A stretch of DNA of 64,000 bases from Octopus vulgaris. Taxonomy: Eukaryota. Shown here one piece after another: positions 1 through 12,369 of this stretch; position 1 is the first letter of the stretch, and the number at the start of each line of letters is the position of its first letter. A program made the translations under genes and the position numbers. Where the stretch lies: assembly GCA_951406725.2 (NCBI GenBank), contig OX597822.1, positions 72,168,001 to 72,232,000 of the forward strand. The letters are read 5' to 3'. Under the pieces are notes generated by a model. The model was given only the letters and a program-made list of their open reading frames with translations, had not been told where the DNA came from and made no database searches.

Positions 1-125
1 AACTACGCTAAGGATTCGCGTGACTGTGGAGTGCTCAGCCACTTGCACGTTAATTGCACAAAAAAAAAACCTGTTTTGTTGATCGGATCAACTAGGACCC
101 TCATCGTCGCAACCAACGGAGTACT
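1..125 (+). mobile_element. SINE family C tail (truncated by window edge)
   Basis: gtgctcagccacttgcacgttaatt..gatcggatcaact. Confidence 0.75.
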
Positions 126-129
126 AGTT

Positions 130-175
130 ATGCACACACATACGCACACACACACACAGATACGCGCGTGCGCGT

Positions 176-209
<34 letters not shown>

Positions 210-347
210 GTAGGCAAACACATTTATCTATCGTTCTCTTTGTTCTATTTATCTATCTGTCTGTCTATCTATCTGTCTGCCTGTCTTCTTGTCTCTGTCT
301 CTTTGTCTATGAATGTATGTACGCATGTATGTATGTATGTATGTATG

Positions 348-378
<31 letters not shown>

Positions 379-389
379 CTATTTATCTG

Positions 390-450
<61 letters not shown>
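130..450. repeat. compound microsatellite (CA)n/(TATG)n/(TA)n/(TATC)n, representative of dozens of such tracts
   Basis: Direct inspection; similar tracts at 1203-1405, 4000-4517, 5388-5536, 9971-10070, 15633-15765, 19845-20460, 61140-61640 and elsewhere. Confidence 0.97.
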
Positions 451-451
<1 letters not shown>

Positions 452-1201
452 CATGTCTCTATCAGTGTATGCACACCTATATACGTAGGTATGTGTGTCG
501 TAGGCTTCGATGTCTTTTCCGTTATTGCTCTTACTTTGGATATAAGAGTCGAATGCATGGTTGATTAAGCGAATACTAATGAGATTAGCTCTTATCTTAA
601 ACGACAGCATTTTCTCGAAGGACGACAGAATTAATCAAACATACGGTAAGGTCTTACATTAAGAGACAAATGTTAATAATATTGTATTAAATCAATTTTA
701 GCCAAGAAATTACTCAAGGCGGGAGATTAGATTGAGTTACTTTGAAGAACATTTGAACATTCCATTCCTCTATGTTCGCTTTTGTGAGGACTAACTTTAG
801 CAATAAATCTTTAAAACAAACTATTGGAAAGGCACAGAAAGATTTATGGTTAATTCTTACTTATATCAATTTTCAAATTAAATAGTTTTAATTTGAAGAA
901 ACAATCTCTCACAAATTATTCTTAAGTAAACATATTTCACCGTGTTTGTTCTCCCAGTACACGTTAAGTAAGTACGTATATATTTCTCACTCATTTCTCT
1001 TTTTCTGTCGCTGCCTCTCTCTCTCTGTTTATCCCACTCTTAATGCATTCCTTTATTGTGTTTTATTAGTTTAAGTACTTGGACTTCGGCCAAGCAGGGA
1101 TACTGAATTCAAGTTGATCATATTAATTAAAATTATTGCAGTTTAAGATTTATATTATTTCCAAAAGCTACACGAGATAAGGACACACACAGACAGAGAC
1201 A

Positions 1202-1312
<111 letters not shown>

Positions 1313-1545
1313 CCTGCCTGCCTGTCTGCCTGTCGGCCTGTCTGTCTGTCTGTCTGTCTGTATGTCTGTCTGCCTGTCTGTCTGTCCACCTCTCTGTCTG
1401 TCTGACGGACAGTTAGTTCTCTTCTTGTGATGTATCCCAGAGGATTATGTTTTAATTAATTGCGCCCATAATTATATTTCAGTTTTAAGGCGGCGAGCTG
1501 GCAGAATCGTTAATACGCCAGGCAATATTTACGGTCATTTCGTCC

Positions 1546-1920
1546 CCGCTGGTCTATATCACTGGTCACAATGTGTCCACAATTCTGTCTTGATTTCGCT
1601 ATTTTTTTCTATCTTGACCCAAATTGCTCAGTTAAATCGTTTCCCACCGTCGTGTGTACGTGTATATGCGTGTGTGTGTGTGTGTGTGTGTGTCTTCCGG
1701 TCTTTCAAAATGTGACCTCGTGTGTACCGTTGGCAATTTTTTTCCTCTGTCTTCCCTTCTCTGGATCTTTCCTTCTCCTATGTTTCCGACGAAGAGCTCC
1801 GCTCGAAACGTTAAACCCTCCTTCGTTCCTTCTTTCCTGAGCGTCCAATAATACTATATTTGTTCCACGTCCTCGCGTTGTTGTGTTTTTTTTGTGCTTT
1901 CTTGTTTGGATTAACTTTAT
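1546..1920 (+). mobile_element. probable Penelope-like terminal-repeat (pLTR) fragment with minimal hammerhead motif
   Basis: 1708-1920 recurs inverted at 17621-17824 and 23778-23930; contains GTTT-CCGACGA-AGAGCTCCGCTC-GAAACGTT-AAAC. Confidence 0.65.
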
Positions 1921-1937
1921 GTATCTATAATATATAT

Positions 1938-2417
1938 AAGGCGCCGAGCTGGTAGAAACGTTAGCACACCCGGGCGAAATGCTTAGCACTATTTCGTCTT
2001 TTTTTTTTTTTTACGTTCTGAGTTAGTGAGTTAGGCAATTACATCAACTTAGTGCTTGAGTGATATTGAGTGGTAGCATCGGCTCCGAATGGACGAAAGG
2101 CAAAATCGACCTCGGTGGAATTTGAACTCAGAACGTGAAAACGCAAGAAATGCCGTTAAGCATTTTGTTCTTCCAGCTTGCTGTCTTAGCAACTTGACAA
2201 TATAAATTTCAAATTTTGGCACAAGGCCAGTAACTTCATGGAAGGATTTCAGTCGACAACATCGACCCTAGTGTTCTACTGATACTTAATTCATCGAGCT
2301 CGAATAACTGAAAGGTAAAGTCGATCGCGGCGGAACTTGATTTCAGAAGGTAAAGATGGACGAAATGATCGTAAATATTGTCTGGCGTATTAACGATTCT
2401 GCCAGCTCACCGCCTTA
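1938..2417. mobile_element. cluster of SINE family A pieces (+ 1938-2025; - 2090-2190; - 2205-2417)
   Basis: Matches to the family A head and core. Confidence 0.8.
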
Positions 2418-2910
2418 AAGCTAAAATATAATTATGGTCGCAATTAATCAAAACATAATCCTCTGGGATACATCACAAGAAGAGAACTAACTTTGAAGTT
2501 TATTCACCCGTTAGGTGAGTATGTCACTGTGTTCTGTGATAACACTAACACTGCATTTTATAAATAAACTACATACAGTAATACGATTATTAGCTCTAGC
2601 TGTTAATTTGAAATTCCGCCATATTTAAATATGAATTTCCGATTCTCTCCAAGATTTCAGTAATACATAATTCACTTAGTCAGTAGACCATCTCATTAGT
2701 TTTCACAAAATAAAAGCCATCATCTATAAAGTTTGGAAGACACGTTGAGTCAGTAACAGAAATCTAACCAAGGCCTCTTCTAGAAATTATCAAGTAGTAA
2801 CGTTGCCAATTTAATAAATTCCTGCGTTGATTAAAATTTGCCTCAATATTTGTGATTTTATGGAAAAATATAAACGAGAAAATACATACATATAAGCAAG
2901 CGAAGAAACA

Positions 2911-2972
<62 letters not shown>

Positions 2973-4049
2973 TTATTTATTATATGTGTGTGTATATGTA
3001 TAACTACAGCTTGAAGAGGATATCATGAAAATATCAAGTGGATATCAAGTTTTCGTACACGAATGCTATTATAGGAAGCAATTCTGTTAATTATTGTTCA
3101 CTATAAGTGGATGCTGATACAACGGTTGATAGTTAATTGCTCACTTCACTTGTGTAACTGAGGGCAAAGATAGTTAATCGTCATCATCATCATCATCATC
3201 ATTAACAGCAGCAGTAGCAGCAACGACAGCAACATCAACGACAAGAACAAAAGCAACAACACGAGAAACAACAATAACAGGAATAGAGGGACTTGCCATT
3301 TCCTGTCATAATAGACAATAATAGATTCTCTAGCTCCTGAGGAATTTGTGCAGCGATTAAATGTTCCGTGTGGTTAAAATAAAATGTATTTCCATTTTGC
3401 GTATTTTGTTTTTATTATATATATGTTTAGAAGATAATTTATTTTGCAATCACAGGCTTATTTTTCTCCGATTATCTAAACTATTTGCCAGCATGATAAT
3501 TCTATGACCGAACGCATGTAATTCACGTAAATTAAAGAAAATTTAGACATGCCACAATAGCTTAGGGAGAAAACATTTTTTTTTTAAAAATCATAAATTT
3601 AAATTACAAGGTAGCAATCACGTTTAGCTTTCTGCTCCGTGTTAGCAATATCAAGAGAAAACAGGCATGGTTACATTGTTTCAAAGATCCTTTCGTAAAT
3701 CCTTGATTTATAGTTCGCTCCCACTGCGTGGTGCATTACGAGGGTATCTTCTATCGTAAACACGTGGTCCATCTACGCTACTTGAATGGAATCGATATAA
3801 GTCATCTTCTAACCATCACCTGTCGAGGCAAACTGTGCAAAATCAGTGTTTGAAATAAAGGGTGCTGTCCTAGAAAGTGTTAATCATTTTCTGCATTTGG
3901 GAAGTTGACTCTCTTCCAATGCTAAGTCAACACTCCTGCAAATACCGGCTAACAGAGTGCAATAAAATTGAACCACTTCTGTGGTCATAACGACTCTCTT
4001 TCTCTCTCTCCCTCTCTCTCTCTCTATATATATATATATAGAGAGAGAG

Positions 4050-4107
<58 letters not shown>

Positions 4108-4284
4108 AACACACACACACATACACACAAACACATATATATGTATATATACATATATACATATATATATATATAACTTTCGATGCGTGATTTGTATTGC
4201 TTTTTTGACCTACCTACATACCTACCTACCTACCTACCTACCTACCTACCTACCTACCTACCTACATACCTACCTACCTACCTC

Positions 4285-4337
<53 letters not shown>

Positions 4338-4418
4338 ATATCTATCTACGCAAACAACACACATACTGGCATGCACACTCACGCTACTTACAAAAGTGAT
4401 ATGCGTATATATACATAC

Positions 4419-4456
<38 letters not shown>

Positions 4457-4480
4457 ACACACGCACACATACACACACAA

Positions 4481-4517
<37 letters not shown>

Positions 4518-5135
4518 CAACAACCAATCGAGTATAAATCTTTACTTTCTAACTACGCTGAGTTTCCGATTTCTTGCACGCTTGAAAAACATGCAAAAGA
4601 AACAGGAAACTGGCAGCCAAGTGAATGAGGGTTTAGCCTGGAACGAATGAATAAACTGTATTTTGAATTAAGTAACTTTTTCTGAATTCATACATGCAAC
4701 CATAGACACGTATGCATTCATACAGACAGGCAGATAGACGCATGCGTAAAGACACTCATACACATGTGTACTGAAGTTCAGTTTTATACCTTGAAGCATT
4801 GTATTTTAAATTTTTGCTTACTATAGATGGCATAAACATTACAATACTGAAGAAAATTTCAAAGTGTAGTCTTCATTGTCATATGTATATTACTATCCAT
4901 AAATGCCTCACGCTAGGAGGGACTCTTAAAGTTAAAACTACCATAATAAACACATTGTACCGAACGCGAGGGAATGCAACTTTCGAAGCGAGCCTTTTAA
5001 AAACAGATTCAGCTGCAGATCATATGATTTCATAATTAGTGCACAAAATGCACTTTTTAATCGTCAGTGCATGCATATTCATATAATGATAATTGATTAA
5101 GTAATCAGAAGATGGATTTGGTATTAATCTTCAAT

Positions 5136-5245
5136 GCGTGCAACGATCGTTTCGACCCATCCTGCTACTGTCCTTTATGGGCGGGGCTGCGTTCAACATG
5201 TGGTGTTGCATCGATTTTGCAGTCTGAGCCTCATCAGGTACATCC
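5136..5245 (-). ncRNA. degenerate type I hammerhead motif
   Basis: GUAC-CUGAUGA-GGCUCA...UGGGUC-GAA-ACGAUCGU-U-GCAC: palindromic loop III, long loop II, one mismatch in stem I. Confidence 0.5.
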
Positions 5246-5382
5246 ATACATAAAGTTGTGTCTTGTTAAAGATCCTGAGTTTAGGTGGTCATGTTGTTAT
5301 ACGCCCGCCGAATTAGCCGAAACCGTGCCAATGCTCTACTCAACACTTCAACACACTAATCGACATGTACCCATTAATCCAA

Positions 5383-5539
<157 letters not shown>

Positions 5540-5590
5540 GTGTAGGAAGAAATGGAGCTGAACGAAGATTTAACAAAATTCCTTTTTATT

Positions 5591-5676
5591 ATTTTCTACA
5601 TATGTTTCAAAGGCTGCAAAGTCCCTAATTCGGATTGAATAAGGAGACCATTTTGCAGCCTTCTCTTCAGGAAAAT
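5591..5676 (-). ncRNA. type I hammerhead ribozyme motif within a ~210-bp insert (5537-5745) in (TA)n
   Basis: AUUUUC-CUGAAGA-GAAGGCUGCAAA..UUUGCAGCCUUU-GAA-ACAUAUGU-A-GAAAAU: 6-bp stem I, 12-bp stem II, palindromic stem/loop III, GUA cleavage triplet. Confidence 0.75.
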
Positions 5677-5742
5677 CCAGAAACTTAATTCTCCAACAAA
5701 ATGCACAGCAAGCTTTTCGACAAACGCTCACGAGGAGCCCAT

Positions 5743-5832
<90 letters not shown>

Positions 5833-5849
5833 AATACATACATACATAA

Positions 5850-5911
<62 letters not shown>

Positions 5912-6000
5912 AATATCTGAGGGAACAAAATCCAAAACTTACAAGGAAAAAAATTCAATTTAGAAATACTAAATCACATTTCACACAATATAATATATAT

Positions 6001-6220
6001 ATATAAAATTAGAAAAAAAACACCTTTTATCAATTCAAAATGAACAATTAAATCACACCATCTAGAAAACTACATATAATATAAATATTAACATTAAAAT
6101 AACAATAAAATGTCAAAGATTAAGTAAATTGCAAAAAAAAACTAATAATAATAACGTATATAAATTGTATATAAGTATCATTTTGAATTGATAAAAGGTG
6201 TTTTTTTTCTAATGTTATAT
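6001..6220. repeat. short element with 43-bp inverted ends in (TA)n
   Basis: attagaaaaaaaacaccttttatcaattcaaaatga / tcattttgaattgataaaaggtgttttttttctaat. Confidence 0.85.
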
Positions 6221-6396
6221 ATATATATATATATATATACATACACACATATGCATATATGTATACATTCATAGGTTGTGTTTTATTCCCCGAAGCATTT
6301 TACTTAAAGATTTTGCTGACTAGAGATGGCATAGATATTACAACACTGAAGGAAATTTCAAAATGTAGTCATCATTGTCGTATGTATATATATATG

Positions 6397-6785
6397 TAGG
6401 TGCAGGAGTGGCTGTGTGGGAAGAAGCTTGCTTCCCAACCACATGGTTCCGGGTTCAATCTTACTGCGTGGCACCTTGGGCGAATGTTTTCTACTATATT
6501 CTCGGGCCTTCTAAAACCTTGTGAGTGAATTTGGTAGAAGGAAACTGAAAGAAACCCGTCGTATACACACACACATACACATATATATGTATACATGTAT
6601 TTGTGTATATGTATGTGCTGGTGTGTTTACGTCCCCGTAACTTAGCGATTCGGCAAAAGCGCCCGATAGAATAAGTACTAGGCTTACAAAGAATAAGTCT
6701 TGGAGTCAATTTATTCGAATAAAAGACGGTGCTCCATCATGGCCGCAGTCAAATGATTGAAACAAGTAAAAGAATAAAAGGAAAA
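6397..6785 (+). mobile_element. SINE family B (tRNA-like head, internal TA/TG microsatellite, gtaaaaga tail)
   Basis: aggagtggctgtgtgg..ggttccgggttca..ggcaccttggg..gtaacttagcg..aaacaagtaaaaga. An inverted tail copy lies at 6940-7063. Confidence 0.85.
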
Positions 6786-7197
6786 AGTATATATATATAT
6801 ATATACACGAACACACACATATATTGCCACATATTAATTTACAGATAAATTTCCTCTATTTACATAATATTGAGGTCTCTTTCTTTCTTTTGTTATCTTA
6901 CCGTTTTTACCAATATATATATATATATATATATATATCCTTTTTATTCTTTTATTCCTTTACTTCATTTGACTGCGACTATGCTGGAGCACCGCCTTTA
7001 GTCAAGCAAATCGTTCCCAATACTTATTTTTCGTAAGCCTAGTACTTATTCTATCGGAGTCTTTTTATATATATATATATACACACATACAAGAGGGATG
7101 ACCACTAAGTGGGCATCCATTATGCTAGAAGTAGACCCCCTATGGTCTTACCACTAAGAAAGGTTTGTTGTCAAGAAAATTTAGCAAACGCCAGAAC

Positions 7198-7246
<49 letters not shown>

Positions 7247-7866
7247 TACATATACATATATATTTTTACACTCACGCACGCGCACACATATAATACAAAC
7301 GCATACATACACATACTTTAAGCCAGAGAATGAAAACCAAATGTAAAAGAATCCAAGCCATATAATTGACGTAGGACATGCATATTGTATGTTTTGTACT
7401 CTTTTCTGAACTGTCTCCCATAAAAATGGCAGTTTTGCATTAAAAACCAGTTTGTTATTCGCATTCGATTATTCATCTTAGGCATGCACTGCATGACGTC
7501 TATACTAGAAACGCCACTGATATATACTGTATATATACATACACACACACATATATATATATATAAAATGTATATATATAAATGTATATATACATACATG
7601 TGTGTATATATATATACAGATAAATACATACACACACACACATATATATATATATATAGATAGATATATAGATATATACATAAGTTTACATACGTAATAT
7701 AAGCACATGTGTATTACATAAGTAATATATATAAACGCAAGATTATGTGTGGCACATGCTAATAATGCGTGCATTAAAATGAAGTTTTGCTTGAAACAAG
7801 CAAGCATCCTGGTCAAAACGAATGTATATTAAGGACAGAATGGAAAAGGGAGAAAAGAAAATAATT

Positions 7867-7948
<82 letters not shown>

Positions 7949-8267
7949 TAAATAGATAGATAGATAGATAGATAAGCATGAGAGAGTGAGAGACAGAGAG
8001 TTATGAACCCCTAGCAAACGCAATGTTGTTTTCGTCTGAAAGCCTTACTAAAATGATTGCGATTCTATGAGACACGCTTTACTATTTTGAAGATACGAAA
8101 GGTTATTTTCACGACATTTCATATATGGACAAATATGACAGAGCAAAGTCTAATTACCTTCAAATGTGCTTGGGATTATTCTCGTAGCTGTACCGTAGCT
8201 CTAATAATCGGAATTATTTTGCATATGGATATTTATCTGGTTTATATGTGTGTATATGTATGTATGT

Positions 8268-9970
8268 CATTGTACAGTTCTATTTCCAGATTTCTTGCCA
8301 ACGGAGAAAGAGCCGGTTTCTAACCTAGATCCATTGAGTTTCAACATCAACAACAGGGTATTTTTGTATGTATATATATATATATATGTATGTATGTGTA
8401 CAGATTTGTATATTTTGTTTTATTTATGTATTCATATATATATAGTTGCATATCTAGACAGGCTCATATATATTTAAATGACAAACTTCTGGAAAAGTTT
8501 ACAGATCTTTACAGTTCTAATGATGGACTGGATCTGTAGTTTTCGAATTAGCTTTCGCCATTCTGCTTTTGAGAAGTCTAATTTCTAAAGATTAGTATTT
8601 AGGTAGAGTGTTACATATCTCAGGGCCCCGATAATTGCAGGCATATACCTGGACTTTTAATCTGGATAGAGTAACTGCAGATTTCTCAATAGTTCAGCGT
8701 AGGTATTCCCTTTTTCACTGATGTTCTGCTTTATGCTAACATCTATTGGGCAGCTAATAACCACAACTGTACACAGTTTCTCTTCTCTATCCCAAATCAT
8801 TATATCAGGTCTGTTGTGCTTACATTTTATTGAAGTCTTCACTGGGACATTCCACCAGTACTCCTTTTTATTTTGAGTGGCTATGACTTCTACCATACTG
8901 TGGGTTTTTATTTCTTTGTCCTCGAGGTTATCCTTCCGACAGATTTCATTATAGCGTATCCTGAGCTACATCATGTCTCATCAGTAGATAAACCGTGATA
9001 ACATTTTCGGATAACTGCTTATGATGTGGGTGATATCTTCGGTGTTAACACCACAAAGTCTGCATCGTTTGTTACATTTTACTGCTTTTCCTGCATCTCC
9101 TATCCCTTTTGTGCATCAGGTATTTGGTTGATATTTCCTGTTCCTGGATTGCAAATGCATGCCCATCAAAGTCGGAACCTTTTCACAACTATATGACATT
9201 TATCCTGACCAAACTCCAGCCCTATATCCTTTGAGAATGTTGTAACTAGGTCAAGGCTCTTTTTCATCTCATGCATATTCTTTGCATAAAGTTTCAAGTC
9301 ATCCACACAAAAACTGTGTAATTTTGGCATTTCTGTTTCTTTGTGAACCAGTGAAATATCTTTCAGACTTCCTTAACATGAATGACAAAGGGCTTACAGA
9401 AAGTATAAACAACATCACAGAGAGACTGTCTCCTGTGAATATACCTTTGCGATAGTGTATTCTAACGGTGATAATACAGTTACTCTTTGTGTTTACTTTC
9501 AAGATGGTGGCCCACGATGAAGTCAAGTGAGCTGTGGCTTTGACTATGCTCATTGAAACTTTAGCAAGTTGAAAGGCTTCTAAAATCCATGAGTGGGGAA
9601 CTGAGTCAAAGGCTTTCTTGTAGTTTAGCCACATTGAAACTAGGTTCCTCCTATGCTCTTGCATCTCGGACATCACAGTTTTGTTCATTAAGAATTGTTC
9701 AGCACATCCCCAAATTCCCTTCTTCCCAACTGCTTGTTCTGCTGTGAAGATATTATTGGTTTCACAATGGTCTTAGAGTAAGAGGTTTAAGCATGTTGTA
9801 TATATCTTATACATTAAGTTCTGGCATGCAATTGGCCGGTAGATTTTTGCCATGTGGGCGTTCAGCATTTAGGGATCAATTTTTGTTTTTGCCAGAGCTA
9901 ACTAATATGGTATACTACTGTTCCCATTGAGAGGTTGCTGGTACAGATTGATAAGATATGGTCGGTAATG
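8268..9970 (-). mobile_element. R4/Dong-clade (restriction-like endonuclease) non-LTR retrotransposon remnant, 5'-truncated and internally deleted
   Basis: RT motifs WLNYKKAFDSVPHSW, GIFTGDSLS and VDDLKLYAK; AIQEQEI; CRLC..HIIS zinc motif; endonuclease HNRPDIMIWD; 3' UTR. Confidence 0.88.
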
Positions 9971-10074
9971 TATGTATGTATGTATGTATGTATGTATGTA
10001 TGTATGTATGTATGTATGTATGTATGTATGTATGTATGTATGTATGTATGTGTGTGTGTATGTATGTATGTATA

Positions 10075-10422
10075 TCATTAGTCAGTTTATTTCAAGATTT
10101 TTTCCGATAGAGCCAGTTTCTAATCTAGATCCGAGGCTCCTCCATTGGAATTTCAACATCAACAACAGGGTATTTTTGTATGTATGCATGTATGTATGTA
10201 TGTATGTATGCGTATATATATATATGTATGTATATACGCAGATTTATATGTTTTGCATATACTTGCATGTATAGATATGCTCAAATATACTTAAATGATA
10301 AACTTCTGGAAAGTTTTACAGATTTTTACAGTTCCAGTGATGGCTTGGATCTGTAGTCTTCGAATCAGCTTTCGAATCTGGGCCTGTTGCTGGCACTGCA
10401 AACACATTGTGGAGCACCGTTT
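10075..10422 (-). mobile_element. second, short 3' fragment of the same R4/Dong family
   Basis: Homologous to 8270-8560 (shared tttcaacatcaacaacagggtatttttgtatgta); encodes C-terminus IRRLQIQAITGTVKICKTFQKF. Confidence 0.85.
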
Positions 10423-12369
10423 TATGTATGTATGTATGTATGTATGTATGTATGTATGTATGTATGTATGTATGTATGTATGTATGTATGTATGTGTGTA
10501 TGAGTCTGTGTGCGTGAACATGTATTGATGGCGACCATGTGGAAACCGGGTGGTCGGAGAAACCATATATATTTTGGTTATTAAGCTTGTTATATAAAGA
10601 ATACTGAAATTTGTTTGAGATGTTTGATAAAAATATATTTATTATTATCGTAAACAAAAAATGTTGTCGCTGCTATGAACGACAAAATATTGAGATAATT
10701 CGGAGATTATTGATCTTGGTCTGATGTGATAATAATAGCTGTCAAAAGGTTAGCTGGTCATTGTGTGTTACTATCGCTGTCCGTTCATTATTTTTGTGTT
10801 GTTACAGCGCCCTGGTCAGCTGCTGCCTTCTGTTTCCGGTCTGATGTATTCTATCAACCGTTTGTCAGTAGTGGCTAAAATGCACTGAATAAATAGAGGT
10901 GATGTGGCTCAGAATAAATCGCTCCGAAGATAAAATTCCAGGTTCCAGGTGAAGTGTTGATTGGGTCAAAGTTTTTTGATGGCTTAGGTAAATAATATAG
11001 CGAATCTCGATCGTAATCTTGAGTTTATTTTTTTTACATCGAATTTAGGGATCCGGATTCAGTTGCTAAGTATTCCTGCTTTCGCATCACCACATGGTCC
11101 TTACTACATCACCACATGGTCCCAGCGGAATTTATTCTGTTCTAAGTACACTGGGTAGGTCACGGAATTGATGATAACTCGATGTGTTATTACAGTAATG
11201 CATAAGTTGCGGGTTCAAGGCCTTGCAAAAGATCATGGGCGCGTACTTCTTCCTCAAAGCCATAACAAATATCTGAGACGAAGCACACTTTCCTATATAT
11301 ATCTCTAAAAGATCGATAACTTTAGTAAGAATAAAACAGTGAAAAGATCACATAAATCGACTTCGATATTTATATATACGAAAACGGATCTTGAACGTAA
11401 TTTAAAACAAAAACGTAATGCTTCAGTGATCAAGACATTTGAGAAATAAATATGAACCGAATGGAATACTGATATTTTTGTGCTTTGATTACTGTTGTCT
11501 TTTTAGTCTTCAGTATCAGACTTAACATAGCAGTTTTTGATATACAAGTGTCGTTTTACGTCAGAATGCAATCTTTTCCAAGTCTAAAAGTTAGTAAAGA
11601 ATCACAGATAATATAATATTTATCGGTACTTATTGAATTTTCTGACTTTTAACACATTTGCTGGGATTTTAATCCTTTTGATAAGTGAAGCAAAATATCA
11701 GTTGTTGCTGGTTGGCCGAGAATAAAATGCAGAACAATGTCTATTTTAGCAAGATAAACCTGCTCATTGGGTGTTACAAATGACCATAAATCACGTCTGA
11801 AACGAGCAGAGAGTCGCTTATTCAATAGATCATTACGATAGAAATAGGTTCATTGTAATGAAGAATAATAACTGCCTCTTAATATGATATCCTGAAATGC
11901 TAAGATAACGACTCCATTGCTCTGCTCTGATATTGAGCGGCATGTTCCATTCAACATTTGGATCGATCTAGAAGGACATGAATTTAGCTTTGTAATAATA
12001 TTTCCTTTGTGGCATTCTTCATAGCATCAGATGTCAACTCGATTTCTTGCAGCTAATAGGCTTATCGTTTCGGTTTCGGTTTCGACATGTTACCTAAATA
12101 TCAACGGAAAAAGTCCTTTGTAGTCGCTTGATCTGCTACACATAACAGCCAAATCCCTGTCAAATCACACCATAAAGCCCTAAAAATAGGAGACATTGCA
12201 TAATGTAGCTTGAGGTACATTATGCTTATAAAAAAAGGACAAGATAGTCATGGCTAGAGTGCCATTCATCATAGGCCTGTTGGTTGTAGGCGACCTAGAT
12301 TTAAGCAATGTCAAACGTCTATATGTATATATAATTTTAGGCGCGTTCATGTGTTCATATTTCAGTGTA

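Noticed and set aside
4556-4620. Hairpin with CTTGAAAAA..GAAAC resembling a hammerhead variant
   Set aside because: Core and stem II do not fit the consensus.
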